Below, in pieces: positions 9,213 through 20,058 of a stretch of 64,000 nt of DNA (the first letter of the stretch is position 1; each line of letters opens with the position of its first letter). This stretch comes from a virus. Taxonomy: Duplodnaviria > Caudoviricetes. Under the pieces are notes generated by a model. That model saw nothing but the letters and a program-made list of their open reading frames with translations, did no database searches and had not been told where the DNA came from. The stretch covers positions 96,001-160,000 of the IMG/VR virus record IMGVR_UViG_3300026549_000895, one strand, 5' to 3'. A program made the translations under genes and the position numbers.

Positions 9213-9483
9213 TTATTTTAAATCTTTCTTAAAGAGTCCTTCTTCGATTTTTCTCATTGGAGCAAGAGGCTCTTCATTGATAGAATCAATAAATTGCTGA
9301 TATGGAGATTTGCATGATTCTCCATATTCAGAAGCCATTTCCGTTTTCGGATGATGTATTTTCTGCTGGAGCTTCACGTACTGATCAACATATAACTCAT
9401 CGGTTGCTGAATTATATGTGACCTCGTAATATTTTCCGTCAGATAAATTTGTACTGATTGATTGTTACTAAATACTTATCCAT
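9213..9483 (-). pseudogene. Frameshifted DUF6275-like gene
   Basis: ATG 9483 reads MDKYLVTI, then a 4 bp tandem duplication (AATC-AATC, ~9456-9463) shifts the frame. Removing it gives 88 aa with ISTNLSDGKYYEVTYNSATDELYVDQY, the DUF6275-type motif. Confidence 0.7.
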
Positions 9484-9485
9484 TT

Positions 9486-9914
9486 TTATCTCTCCTTTTT
9501 AAATATATTTTGAAAAAGCTGCCTAAAAGCCTCTTGTATTTCGTGAGTCTCTTCCCATATCTTCGGAGTTGATCGAAATCCAACTACTGGAGCTTTTGCA
9601 TCCGAGATATACATATTGCATATCATCAGACCATCATAACATACTTCAATGAATCTCTCATGGAAGGAAACACGAAGTGTTATTTTCCTATGTGTTTTAT
9701 CAATAGAATAGTCGTCGAAGATTCTTATGAAGACATCTTCATTTCTGTCCCATTCGGTTTTATATTCATATTTATTAGAAAGATATCTTTCCACATAACC
9801 TGCAAGAAGTGCGAAGTTATTTTTAACTTCGCATGGAATATCATAATTAGAATTGAAAATCCAGTCATATGCGGTCATCTGAATTAGATAATCAATCTTC
9901 TTTTTCTTCGGCAT
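9486..9914 (-). CDS. Hypothetical protein (start reassigned to MPKKKK)
   Basis: GAAGGAGGTGATGACA-ATG RBS at 9914. Confidence 0.7.
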   Translation of the reverse strand: MPKKKKIDYLIQMTAYDWIFNSNYDIPCEVKNNFALLAGYVERYLSNKYEYKTEWDRNEDVFIRIFDDYSIDKTHRKITLRVSFHERFIEVCYDGLMICNMYISDAKAPVVGFRSTPKIWEETHEIQEAFRQLFQNIFKKER

Positions 9915-10389
9915 TGTCATCACCTCCTTCATCAAACGAATATGACCATTTACCATCTTTATCGGTAATACCAGAAACATTGAATTGAAGACAGATATTC
10001 TTAAGCATCTCAATCATATCATCTTCTTCTAAGTCCCTGATAGTAACATCAGAAAAACCGAATTCGTTCTTAGTAATGGAGACATCAAGTGCTTTGCTCG
10101 GGCATCTGACATCAACAACTTTAGGCTCTTCTTTTTCTTTGTACCAATCTTCGGTCAGTTCGAAAACCATTTCGATTTCAGACTTTATACCCATTCTTAT
10201 TACTTCAGCTTCTAAAATGGAATCCTTCAAGAAACATTTAGGCTTGAAATCAGAACTGAACGAGCATACTGTTTCCTTTTCCGAACCGTCCAAATAGTTA
10301 TAGATTTCATAATCAACAAGAGTGAATGTCGTATTTTCTTCTCTTGCAGAACGCATGATAGCTAATAACTCTTTAAGTTTCATTGTCAT
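9892..10389 (-). CDS. Hypothetical protein
   Basis: 165 aa ORF in operon. Confidence 0.7.
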   Translation of the reverse strand: MTMKLKELLAIMRSAREENTTFTLVDYEIYNYLDGSEKETVCSFSSDFKPKCFLKDSILEAEVIRMGIKSEIEMVFELTEDWYKEKEEPKVVDVRCPSKALDVSITKNEFGFSDVTIRDLEEDDMIEMLKNICLQFNVSGITDKDGKWSYSFDEGGDDNAEEKED

Positions 10390-10850
10390 CTCTCCTTTTC
10401 ATCTATTATTACAGGATTGCCATTTTCATCATATCCCCAGTTGTCGAATCTGTGATCAAGAGTCTTTATATTATAATGAATCAATTTTAATCCATTAACG
10501 AGCTCATTATATAATTCGACGGAAACTTCTTTATTTGCGAATCTCGCAGTGTACCAGTCCTTCATAGCCTTCCGGAATACTGATGACAACTCAATTTCTT
10601 TATGAAATGAAGGCCATGATTTGAATCCTTGTAAATCAACCAGAGTTGTAGATGAATCATCCACAAGATCTTTGGTGACAAGATTCCAGATGTTTTTGAG
10701 AATCTGATATTTGGAACCTCTACCGCTATATACGATTACTCCTATCATGGCGATTAACCGATTCCAACACCAATCGATGTCATCTCCGGTTATAAACTTC
10801 TCATATTCTTCCGGGATTTCCATGGTGTAATCTTTTAATTGAATCTTCAT
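10386..10850 (-). CDS. Hypothetical protein
   Basis: 154 aa ORF in operon. Confidence 0.7.
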   Translation of the reverse strand: MKIQLKDYTMEIPEEYEKFITGDDIDWCWNRLIAMIGVIVYSGRGSKYQILKNIWNLVTKDLVDDSSTTLVDLQGFKSWPSFHKEIELSSVFRKAMKDWYTARFANKEVSVELYNELVNGLKLIHYNIKTLDHRFDNWGYDENGNPVIIDEKER

Positions 10851-10852
10851 AA

Positions 10853-12277
10853 TTAATCTTCCTTTCTCAGAATTTCCAGAACTTCATCATATGATTTCTC
10901 ACATACGATTTCATTTTGCAATTCTGCAATCAATAGATCTGTGTTCACTTTCATATCATCTGGGATATGTTTTCCGAAATGATAAAACATAAACTGATCG
11001 TATTCATTTCTACCTGGACGATCAATATGAATCATCTTATCAATTCGACCCGGTCTGATAAGTGCTGGATCCAGATGATCGATATGATTTGTTGTAAAGA
11101 TATAGATGACATTTTCCAGATTGGAAACACCATCAATAGTATTTAGAACCTCTGACAATGATACGTTTATTTTTCCAAATGAACGACGCATGTAATCTGA
11201 CTCATCGTCTTCATATGATATTTCAGAGACTTCAACTGTAGGTCCTTCCTTCTTATCAAAGATTTTATCTTCTCTTTTCTGAAGATATGTCGCGTCTATG
11301 TCTTCAATGACAATCATACGAGGTTTCATTGACATCTCGTATGCTTCATTGCGAACTCCAGGAAGATCCCCGACGTTCTTCAGATACAATGGAGAATTAA
11401 CATTGTTCTTATACTTCTCAATGTATTCAGTTATCAGAGCTCTGATAAGAGTTGATTTACCAGTTCCAGGAGGTCCGTACAGAAGAATTCCATAATGATA
11501 TGGAACGAAATTCTTTTCATACCAAGCTTTTCGATTTACAAACGCATCAATCGAATTGATAAGATTCTCCTTTGTGGATGAATTCATAAACACGGTTTCC
11601 ATGGAACGCTTTCGCATCATCGTAGACTGAAAACCATTAAGCTGGATGAAGGCATTTTTGTCACCGTTCATCGTTTCCTTAGCCTTCTTCTGAATCACGT
11701 TCTTAAAGAATAACTTAAGATTTTTCTTATTCTCTTTGGTATTTGTAACCATCAGTACAAAATCACGTCTTCTCTGTTGAGTCGTGAAAACTGGTGCTGG
11801 GTCTGGGCAAAAAGCTCCACTTAAATCTCCATCATAGTCACCGGATGTAGATGCACCACATTGACCATTAAGATTATAAAGAAAGCTGGGTCGAAGCTTT
11901 ACAGCCTTCTTCTGTAATTTTTCTTCAGGATTTCTGTTTGATGGAGCAAGCAGTAAAATAGGCGTTCCGTGATATACAATAATCCTGAAAGGTTTATAAA
12001 TAGATCTTAACTTTTCAGAATTATCAAGATGAATGGTTCTTTTCTCATCCAGGAGGTACTCAAGTAATACACTGTGAATAGACTGCGTTGTCTGAGAAAA
12101 TGGAGGACCTACTTCGATAGTATATACGGTAGCTTTCTTTACAGAATCTTTCAGACTCTGTAATGCCCAGTTCTCTGCTTCTGTTACTGCATCGAAAATT
12201 GACTGACCGACGCATGCTTCGAATGCATATTTTATTGCGGCTTTTGTAAATGCCTTTCTTTTTTCTTTCTTTGTCAT
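10853..12277 (-). CDS. BCS1-like AAA+ ATPase
   Basis: PYHYGILLYGPPGTGKS (Walker A), VIEDID (Walker B), LSEVLNTIDG, FTTNHIDHLDPALIRPGRID (second region of homology). Confidence 0.9.
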   Translation of the reverse strand: MTKKEKRKAFTKAAIKYAFEACVGQSIFDAVTEAENWALQSLKDSVKKATVYTIEVGPPFSQTTQSIHSVLLEYLLDEKRTIHLDNSEKLRSIYKPFRIIVYHGTPILLLAPSNRNPEEKLQKKAVKLRPSFLYNLNGQCGASTSGDYDGDLSGAFCPDPAPVFTTQQRRRDFVLMVTNTKENKKNLKLFFKNVIQKKAKETMNGDKNAFIQLNGFQSTMMRKRSMETVFMNSSTKENLINSIDAFVNRKAWYEKNFVPYHYGILLYGPPGTGKSTLIRALITEYIEKYKNNVNSPLYLKNVGDLPGVRNEAYEMSMKPRMIVIEDIDATYLQKREDKIFDKKEGPTVEVSEISYEDDESDYMRRSFGKINVSLSEVLNTIDGVSNLENVIYIFTTNHIDHLDPALIRPGRIDKMIHIDRPGRNEYDQFMFYHFGKHIPDDMKVNTDLLIAELQNEIVCEKSYDEVLEILRKED

Positions 12278-12313
12278 AATTTTACTCCTTTTTGATTTAT
12301 TCAGTTTCCCGGG

Positions 12314-12580
12314 TTATTCCCGGGAAACCAATCTTTTTACAAATTCATCCAAGGCTTCATTGAAGCTCTTGTCAAACTTTTCTTTTGCATGGTCATAGAT
12401 CGATTTATCATCAATCTTTTTATTTCCATATTCGATAATAGTGTGTACCTGAAAGCGATCATCTTCGTTCAGTTCAATGTCAAATATTAAACCAAACTTG
12501 GCGATAGTTAGAGTATTGCAGAAAACATAAAATCTCCCATCTGTCGGTTCTGGTGATAATTGTGCTTTAGTTATTTTCAT
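12314..12580 (-). CDS. Hypothetical protein, operon head
   Basis: 88 aa ORF with RBS in the repeated leader. Confidence 0.7.
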   Translation of the reverse strand: MKITKAQLSPEPTDGRFYVFCNTLTIAKFGLIFDIELNEDDRFQVHTIIEYGNKKIDDKSIYDHAKEKFDKSFNEALDEFVKRLVSRE

Positions 12581-12589
12581 AATAAACTT

Positions 12590-12620
12590 TCCTTTCTGAT
12601 ATCAATTGTAGGAAGATATC
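12590..12620 (-). repeat. 31 nt 5' leader, identical to 25279..25309
   Basis: GATATCTTCCTACAATTGATATCAGAAAGGA (hairpin plus RBS) at both sites. Confidence 0.9.
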
Positions 12621-12638
12621 CTTTCCTTATTTTATCAT

Positions 12639-12653
12639 AATAAAAATATACAT
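12639..12653 (-). promoter_or_regulatory. Class A promoter ATGTATATTTTTATT
   Basis: Recurring motif at operon head. Confidence 0.6.
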
Positions 12654-12673
12654 ATGAAATGATGAAACCTTAA

Positions 12674-12686
12674 AACGCAACCATAA
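12674..12686 (+). promoter_or_regulatory. Class B (late) promoter AACG-N6-TAA
   Basis: Upstream of tail fibre gene; recurring motif. Confidence 0.6.
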
Positions 12687-12726
12687 GCCTCTTAATTTAT
12701 TACATGACGAAAGGAGAATTTTCATA

Positions 12727-15700
12727 ATGGCAAGATTAGAAGAATTTGATGATGTTCAGCTTGACGTTGAATTTACACAAGCTGGCACAAGATCAAATAT
12801 TACATCAAATGAAAATATAGCAATATCATTCGGCAAAATTGCCAAATGGTACGAAGCATTGGTACCCACTGGTGGATCAAGCGGTCAATTCTTAGGATTC
12901 AATTCTTCAGGTACTGCAAAGTGGGTTTCTAATCCAAATGTAGATGAAAAAGTAAAAGCTACTAAATTAGCTCAGTCTACTGCTGATGCAAGTTATTATC
13001 CAACGCTGGTAGCAGGTGAAGGAACTGCAGGTGTTAGTATATTTGATTCAGCAAAAATTAATCATACCAAAGGTACTACATCGGCTGTTGGTAATACACG
13101 TTTGATATTGGGTAATGCAACAAACGAAGGTACTACAAACAACGAAGAAGGTTTGTTAAGAATATATTCACCTGGTACAAAGTATCATACTCTCAAAGGT
13201 GCAAAAATAACAACTGACAACGTTGATCATACATTACCAACAACAGGTGGTACTATTTTAAATACAGGAACAACTTCCTTTACGCAAACATTGTCATCCG
13301 GTACAAAAATTGGTACTATTAAAATCAATGGAACCTCGTCAGATATCTATGCTCCAACGGATACTGATACAAAAGTAACTGATACTGTCGGAACTGCAAA
13401 TACTTATTATCCCGCGGGTGGAACTTCAACTTCTACAGCAACTGGAACACAAGTATTTGATACTTCTTTAAAGTTTATTGGAACAACCGGTTCCACATCT
13501 GCTGTTGGTAAAGCTCAGCTTGTTCTGGGTAATGCAACCGCTTCTGGTACAGCAAACAATAAACAAGGTTCTATTGTTGTTTATGGTTCAACGGCATATG
13601 CTCATACTATACAAGGAGCACCAACTGCGGCAAGAACTCTAACATTACCTGACAAAACAGGTACATTTGCACTCACAAGTGATATACCTTCTGTTCCAAC
13701 GGTAAATGATGCTGCGTTAACATTGAAAGGTGCTGGAACAACGGTAACGACATTTACAGCAAATGCATCATCCGCTAAATCGCTTGATATTGTTGCGGGT
13801 TCAAATGTTACTGTAACTGCAGATGCAACTAATGCAAAAATATCGATTGCAGCATCACATCCAACAATCACAAAATCAACAGATACAACATCAACTGCAT
13901 CACCCGCACATGGTGGGACATTTACAGTTGTCGATTCTATTACCCGTGAAGCCAATGGCCATGTTACAAAAATAAATACAAAAACTGTCACATTGCCAGC
14001 TGATTCTAATACAGATACGAAAGTAACCCAATCACAGACTACCACAACAAATTATCGTCCAATATTGTTTGGTGCAAAGGATTCTACGGACATTTCAACA
14101 TTGGCGAATACAGTAACAGATCAAGCATATACATCAACAAAAATGTTTGCTAAACCGGATACTGGAAATCTATATGCATCAGGATTTTCAACATCGAGTT
14201 ACATAAACGGAACTGGAGCACAATTAAATCAGTATGGATTATATTTAAAATCATATAAATCAGCATCATTGCCAGCAGGTGGTAATTACAGTTATGCGGA
14301 ATATGCTATAAGAGTATACGATGGAAAAGCTACAGATAATAATGGAATGCTACTGACAATAGATGGTGGCGGACTAACAATAGTTGGTGGTGGCGAATCT
14401 GCAAAATCTTTAGCAGCTCTTATATCCGATGATCAGCGAGATTCAAATACATCAAGGACAAGACTGAATGTTGGTGGAACGCTGAATACGGCATATCATG
14501 GATCCGAAGAACAACTTATACTTTCATCAGATAATAATATATACTTCTTAACGACTTGCCAAACTATCGCCAATAGAAAACCGGTTGTATTAGATGTGAA
14601 TTCATATTTTTATCCGGGTACAACAAAGACTGGTTCAATCGGTACTTCGTCATATATGTGGAATTCAGTTTATGCTGCGACAATATATGAGAACGGTACA
14701 TCATTAGCGAGCAAGTATGCAGCTATAGGTCATACACATACAACGACAATAGCTGCTGATTCAGGTACGAATCAACTTACATTAGCAGCAAGCACAAAGT
14801 ATAAGTTGACTACAGGTGGAACTAATTTCATTTTCACAACTCCTCCAAATACTACTTATTCAGCCGGAACAGGATTGTCTCTATCAGGAACAACTTTCAA
14901 TCATTCTAATTCTGTAACAGCCGTAACGTCGGCAGTTTTCAAAAAGATAACATATGATGCTCAAGGTCATATAACGGGAACTGCTAATGTGACTGCTTCG
15001 GATATCCCATCGCATACTCATTCTTATTTACCACTCTCAGGCACTACGATAAACAATCCAAACACATCCTCGGTATCTTTCACCAATGGAATGACCGGAA
15101 ACATATTGTTCGCAAATACTGGAAACACAAATGGTGTTGCACGAGGTATAGGTGGTATTGTTGGTACGACCGATTCATGGTCTGTTAGAGGATATCAGAC
15201 GGGTGAGAATAAAGGTTGCCTTGAAATATCCGTCGGTGATGACGGTGATGAAGGTATATATGTTCGTCAATATACATCAGGAGCGTATAAAGCAACATTC
15301 TCTAATAATGCTGGTTCTGCAAGCGGTCTTACTTATCGAGAACTCGTACTGATGGCGCCAAGCACAGGAGCGTCCACATTCCCTTCTGATGTAACACTTT
15401 CTGGTGGTAGGCTATATCTATCCGGAAGTCCTGGAAACTATGGTCAGCTCAATTTGAAATCCGCATCATACAATGTTATGTTCCGTAATGACAACGCGAA
15501 CACATATATCCTACTAACAGCACAAGGTGATCCCGACGGAGCATGGACATCTTCAAGACCATTGACAATAAATAATTCAACAGGTATATGCTCAATCAAT
15601 GGTAATGCTGCTAATGTGACAGGTACTGTTGCTATAGCTCATGGTGGCACTGGAGCTACAAATAGATTAGCCGCTTTAAGAGCATTAACAGAGGAAAATG

Positions 15701-18700
15701 TTGGTACAAGTGCACAGTACTTCTTAACAATAACAGATAGCTGGGGTAAAGGTGGATATACAACAGTAGCAGATGCTAAAACTGTATTGGGATTGAAATC
15801 TGCTGCATATACAGCATCGACAGATTATCTATCATCATCTACAAAATATGCAGGTTCTTCATCAGCTGGCGGCGCGGCAACATCTGCGAATATATTAAAT
15901 AAAAATAATGCAGCTGGCGCTACGACGGCAGGTGTTCAATATGCGAACGGCCCGCTCACAGTAGGAACTGCTGATGGAAATGCTGTAGAGGGTAGTAATG
16001 GTTCATATAAATTATGGAGTTATCCGGCTGGTGGAACGGCTGTTGGAGGAGGAACGGCGAATATACAAAATCTTAGATTATATTGGTCATCCACATGGTT
16101 CAGAGATATATTCATATCACCAAATAATTATGATATATATCACAGGAGTGTAGCTGCAGGAACAGCACAGCCTTGGAGAAAAGTATTAGATTCCGGTAAC
16201 TACACATCATATACTCTTCCAAGAAATATCAAGCATATTCATACAGCCAGTGGAACGGAAGGATCTGCCGGATGGGTAAAGATTGCGAGAATAACCGTAA
16301 CAGCGGATTATCCAAATCACCCAATGACATTCACAATTGCGCAACGCGGCGTAATGCAATATCGAATACATTTAGTATTGAAGAACTACCGTGTTGCATC
16401 TGCGGCAATTTCTGAATTTATTATAGCCAGAGATAATTCATGGACAGATACCAATAATAATCCTCGAGCTTATATTATAAAACCATCTGATGGTATTTTT
16501 GATCTGTATATTAGAAAAATAGAAGCATGGGATCATATATTTGTTGTTGATTTTACGAAGGCCGATGGTAGTGAGGGTGACAATTATTCAGTTACTTGGA
16601 CAAATGTTCATGCAGCTGATTCTGAAATAACAGGTGGAACAGAAGCTGTTAAAAAATTATATCTTCTGACAACAACAAACTATGCTGGTTCATCATCGGT
16701 TGGTGGTGCCGCTACATCTGCGAATAAACTTAATACAAATGCCGGTGCAACAAATCGACCTGTATATTTTTCTGGTGGTGTTCCTGTTCAATGTGATGCA
16801 CCAGAATCAAAAACATGGTTTAAAGGTGTCCCATCAATAGGAACTAATGGTGTTATGGAAGTTGGTCGCTATTTTGATATGCATTCAACAAATACTGGAA
16901 CGAGCGACTATGATGTGAGACTTGACGCTTCTGGTGTTTCATCTTTCAGATTCACTTTTAACACACCAGCGAGTAGCTCGATTGCTCCATCAACAAACAA
17001 TCAGACATCTTTGGGAACTTCATCCCTCAAATGGTCGAATGTATATGCTACAACATTTTATGGTGCTTTATCCGGAAACGCTTCAACTGCAACAAAACTG
17101 GAAACAGCAAGAAACATTGCGTTGGCGGAAGATTTCGCCGGAAGTGCAAATTTTGACGGCAGTGGTAATATATCAATCTCTGGCACCTTCTACCGTTGCT
17201 CAGCATCCAGCAATAATACTGCCAATTATCCATGGCATCGTATAGCATACAGAACAGGTGTTACTGGCAGTTATAATGATACAGATGCCATTTTCATGAT
17301 AAGAGCATGCTATAATAGTGGCCCATTCGGTATAATTAAAGTTGCAATGAGAACAAATGGACCCGGAACTAACTGTCAAGTTGCAGCACGTTGGCTTGTT
17401 AGACAAAATATTGCTGCGGACGATGTGTATATTGCACAATGGGGAAAAACCGGTCAATCAGTATATGCGGATATATTCTTAAAAGGAACAACATATAATC
17501 GAGCATACGTGTATCAAATTGCTGGTAGTAGATGGTGGACTCTTGTTAATAGTGCTGAAGCAATTGATACAACAACCAGTGATAAGAAAACAAGTACTGA
17601 AGTATATGCGAGTATTGCAGCAGCTGGAACTACACTTCATAATCAAGCATATACACAAACCGTAGCGGGCATTGATGAAGGTCATGTTAATTCAGCAAAT
17701 AGTGCCGCATATGCAACGCGTGCGAACTATCTTGATGTTGTTGCTGGTAATGAAGTTCGGTTTTACAATAATAATCAATTTAAAGAGGCTCGTCATTTTT
17801 GGTTAGGCTATTCTTGGGCTGATGGTTCACATTACACACCATCCGGTGGAAGCGACACGAGTTCAACAACCGCTCCCAATATAACAAAATTCGTCATGGG
17901 TGATTGTTCAGGAGGAGGTCTTACAAGCGTACATGCTAAAACATTTATATTAGGCAATGGGTCATCTCCTACGTTTAGCTCAAAAACAACAACAATTACT
18001 ACAGCTGCAACTACAACCGATAGAACAATAACACTTCCTGATGATTCTGGTACTGTCGCTTTAACGTCTAAAACATTTAATGTGACTCGAGGATCTTCAA
18101 AATCGACTGCAACAACTGGTTATTGGGCTGCTATGTGTAATTCAACACAAGCAGGATCGCCGACATTACCAACAGCTGTAAAATGGTGGCATGTAATATC
18201 GATGGATTGGACCAATAATGATACCAATAATTGGATATCTCAATTAGCTATTGCAACACAAGATGGAAGTGGCGTTTGGTGGAGACGAAATAATGCCAGT
18301 GGAACATCTATAGATTCATCTTCGTGGCATAGGCTTGCAGAAGGAAATTCTTCTGGCGCTGCAACGAATATCGCGACAGAAGTTGAAAGTTCAGCTGGTG
18401 CTCGCCCTGTATTCTATGCATATCTGGGTGATAATACTCGTGTTGTATATAATACAAATTTCACATATAATCCATCCGGTAATGTATTAAAAGCAACAAC
18501 ATTTGATGGCGAAATAACAACTCTTGCATTCCATAACAGAATATATGCTCTTTCTCAAACACCGTCAGGTTCTACTTGGAATGGCAATGAAACATTAATA
18601 ACCTCAATTCCAAGTTCGTCCGGAACTTCGACTCCAAGCTATCAGCGTGTTAAAACAATCGATTTCGTCAAAGATTGTATTTCAGGTTTGAAGGAACCAG

Positions 18701-19080
18701 TTCTCTATGAGAATACAACCAATCCTTCGACAAGCACAACGATACAATTACCAAATGGAATTCCAAAATATCTCAAAGTATTCATTGGAGTAGAATATAG
18801 TAGTGACGGATCAACATACAGTGATTCAGCAGCTTGTATAAATTGTATTGATGTTGATATGGCTCACACCCACCACGGTGGCTTCATTGGTTATGATACA
18901 CCTGGTCAATCAGGAGTTGGAAACTATTTGGCATATTGCTATGTCAATGTAAAACAAAATACCGGAAGTACGACGGCGTATACAGTTGGTATTTCATATG
19001 CAAAATTCTTGAATTTAGCAACATCGGCAACCGTGCAAAATATTATCGCTCGTATCGTAAAAATAATAGCTGTGTACTAA
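12727..19080 (+). CDS. Long tail fibre / receptor-binding protein (2117 aa)
   Basis: Thr/Ser/Gly/Ala-rich. Fibre motifs IAHGGTGAT, YSAGTGLSLSGTTF, ITYDAQGHITG and ASTATKLETARNI; internal repeats YAGSSSxGGAATSAN. Confidence 0.85.
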   Translation: MARLEEFDDVQLDVEFTQAGTRSNITSNENIAISFGKIAKWYEALVPTGGSSGQFLGFNSSGTAKWVSNPNVDEKVKATKLAQSTADASYYPTLVAGEGTAGVSIFDSAKINHTKGTTSAVGNTRLILGNATNEGTTNNEEGLLRIYSPGTKYHTLKGAKITTDNVDHTLPTTGGTILNTGTTSFTQTLSSGTKIGTIKINGTSSDIYAPTDTDTKVTDTVGTANTYYPAGGTSTSTATGTQVFDTSLKFIGTTGSTSAVGKAQLVLGNATASGTANNKQGSIVVYGSTAYAHTIQGAPTAARTLTLPDKTGTFALTSDIPSVPTVNDAALTLKGAGTTVTTFTANASSAKSLDIVAGSNVTVTADATNAKISIAASHPTITKSTDTTSTASPAHGGTFTVVDSITREANGHVTKINTKTVTLPADSNTDTKVTQSQTTTTNYRPILFGAKDSTDISTLANTVTDQAYTSTKMFAKPDTGNLYASGFSTSSYINGTGAQLNQYGLYLKSYKSASLPAGGNYSYAEYAIRVYDGKATDNNGMLLTIDGGGLTIVGGGESAKSLAALISDDQRDSNTSRTRLNVGGTLNTAYHGSEEQLILSSDNNIYFLTTCQTIANRKPVVLDVNSYFYPGTTKTGSIGTSSYMWNSVYAATIYENGTSLASKYAAIGHTHTTTIAADSGTNQLTLAASTKYKLTTGGTNFIFTTPPNTTYSAGTGLSLSGTTFNHSNSVTAVTSAVFKKITYDAQGHITGTANVTASDIPSHTHSYLPLSGTTINNPNTSSVSFTNGMTGNILFANTGNTNGVARGIGGIVGTTDSWSVRGYQTGENKGCLEISVGDDGDEGIYVRQYTSGAYKATFSNNAGSASGLTYRELVLMAPSTGASTFPSDVTLSGGRLYLSGSPGNYGQLNLKSASYNVMFRNDNANTYILLTAQGDPDGAWTSSRPLTINNSTGICSINGNAANVTGTVAIAHGGTGATNRLAALRALTEENVGTSAQYFLTITDSWGKGGYTTVADAKTVLGLKSAAYTASTDYLSSSTKYAGSSSAGGAATSANILNKNNAAGATTAGVQYANGPLTVGTADGNAVEGSNGSYKLWSYPAGGTAVGGGTANIQNLRLYWSSTWFRDIFISPNNYDIYHRSVAAGTAQPWRKVLDSGNYTSYTLPRNIKHIHTASGTEGSAGWVKIARITVTADYPNHPMTFTIAQRGVMQYRIHLVLKNYRVASAAISEFIIARDNSWTDTNNNPRAYIIKPSDGIFDLYIRKIEAWDHIFVVDFTKADGSEGDNYSVTWTNVHAADSEITGGTEAVKKLYLLTTTNYAGSSSVGGAATSANKLNTNAGATNRPVYFSGGVPVQCDAPESKTWFKGVPSIGTNGVMEVGRYFDMHSTNTGTSDYDVRLDASGVSSFRFTFNTPASSSIAPSTNNQTSLGTSSLKWSNVYATTFYGALSGNASTATKLETARNIALAEDFAGSANFDGSGNISISGTFYRCSASSNNTANYPWHRIAYRTGVTGSYNDTDAIFMIRACYNSGPFGIIKVAMRTNGPGTNCQVAARWLVRQNIAADDVYIAQWGKTGQSVYADIFLKGTTYNRAYVYQIAGSRWWTLVNSAEAIDTTTSDKKTSTEVYASIAAAGTTLHNQAYTQTVAGIDEGHVNSANSAAYATRANYLDVVAGNEVRFYNNNQFKEARHFWLGYSWADGSHYTPSGGSDTSSTTAPNITKFVMGDCSGGGLTSVHAKTFILGNGSSPTFSSKTTTITTAATTTDRTITLPDDSGTVALTSKTFNVTRGSSKSTATTGYWAAMCNSTQAGSPTLPTAVKWWHVISMDWTNNDTNNWISQLAIATQDGSGVWWRRNNASGTSIDSSSWHRLAEGNSSGAATNIATEVESSAGARPVFYAYLGDNTRVVYNTNFTYNPSGNVLKATTFDGEITTLAFHNRIYALSQTPSGSTWNGNETLITSIPSSSGTSTPSYQRVKTIDFVKDCISGLKEPVLYENTTNPSTSTTIQLPNGIPKYLKVFIGVEYSSDGSTYSDSAACINCIDVDMAHTHHGGFIGYDTPGQSGVGNYLAYCYVNVKQNTGSTTAYTVGISYAKFLNLATSATVQNIIARIVKIIAVY

Positions 19081-19095
19081 AACAAAAAAAATATG

Positions 19096-19120
19096 TTGGA
19101 GCCCCATTACGGGGCTCCAA
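19096..19120. terminator. Bidirectional terminator
   Basis: TTGGAGCCCC-ATTAC-GGGGCTCCAA between convergent genes; near-identical stem at 20005-20028. Confidence 0.85.
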
Positions 19121-19131
19121 TAACTTTTTGT

Positions 19132-19986
19132 TTACTTGTTTTTTATTTCTTCTTTGGCCTTTCGCTCGTATCTTGTGAGTCTACATGAGCTGCATCTTTT
19201 AGGAATCGATAATCCTCTTCCCAGATAATAATCTCGATGTGACTTGGAAAGTATGAAATAATCTCCACAATCTTTACATCGAATAACTTCCTCATTTATC
19301 TTCTTCAGGATGGACTCGGCTCTCTCCATATCTTCATCTATTTCATGAACATAAATTCGTTTCAATTGTTTTTCTATATATTCAACAGATGAAGCAGAAT
19401 TTTCAAATATTCCGAATATCGAATCTGTTATTGTACCTCTAACATCCAGATGCTCAGTTAAATGGTAATCAGTCATGAATGTTAAAGCTTCACCATTATC
19501 ATTCATACTAATACCATTAGCGTTGTGAAGTTCCCCAAGATGAAATAAATTCTTCCTGTCAAATCTTATATCATACACAGGAATATATGTTTTCAGAACT
19601 CTTCTCAGTCTTGGATTCTTAATAACATTACGATGCTGATCAGATTTGTCCCAAACGACAGCATACATGTCATAATCACTTCCATTGACTTCTTCAATCA
19701 AAGTGTTTATTACATTAAGATTATCAGGAATATTCTGAATTTTGTGATTAGTAGCTTTGTCAAAATAGTACTTATCACCAAGATATGAACGATATGTGTC
19801 ATTATTGTTTATAAAAGATTGTGCAGTTTTCGTTCTTTTCTCGATTCCTTCTTTTAATCCATCGCGAATATCATACAGATATTCGAGAATGTCGTTTGTG
19901 TATGAAATGTTTTCATCAGAGTCATTATATTCTCTGATGACCCAGATTTTATTTTCCTTGAAATCTACAGTGTTCATTATTTTCAC
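19132..19986 (-). CDS. Protein with C-terminal zf-trcl-type zinc ribbon
   Basis: CKDCGDYFILS...YYLGRGLSIPKRCSSCR. Confidence 0.75.
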   Translation of the reverse strand: MKIMNTVDFKENKIWVIREYNDSDENISYTNDILEYLYDIRDGLKEGIEKRTKTAQSFINNNDTYRSYLGDKYYFDKATNHKIQNIPDNLNVINTLIEEVNGSDYDMYAVVWDKSDQHRNVIKNPRLRRVLKTYIPVYDIRFDRKNLFHLGELHNANGISMNDNGEALTFMTDYHLTEHLDVRGTITDSIFGIFENSASSVEYIEKQLKRIYVHEIDEDMERAESILKKINEEVIRCKDCGDYFILSKSHRDYYLGRGLSIPKRCSSCRLTRYERKAKEEIKNK

Positions 19987-20058
19987 TCCTTTGTATTATC
20001 TATGTTGGAGCCCTGTGACGGGCTCCAATAATCTTTATGGCTTCTCATAGATAGTTGG

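Noticed and set aside
11820-11845. GDYDGD in the AAA ATPase, resembling an RNAP catalytic motif
   Set aside because: It is an isolated motif in a linker with no double-psi barrel context.
13602-17685. Short antisense or out-of-frame ORFs inside large genes (here and throughout the track)
   Set aside because: They are shadow ORFs with no RBS or recognisable motifs.
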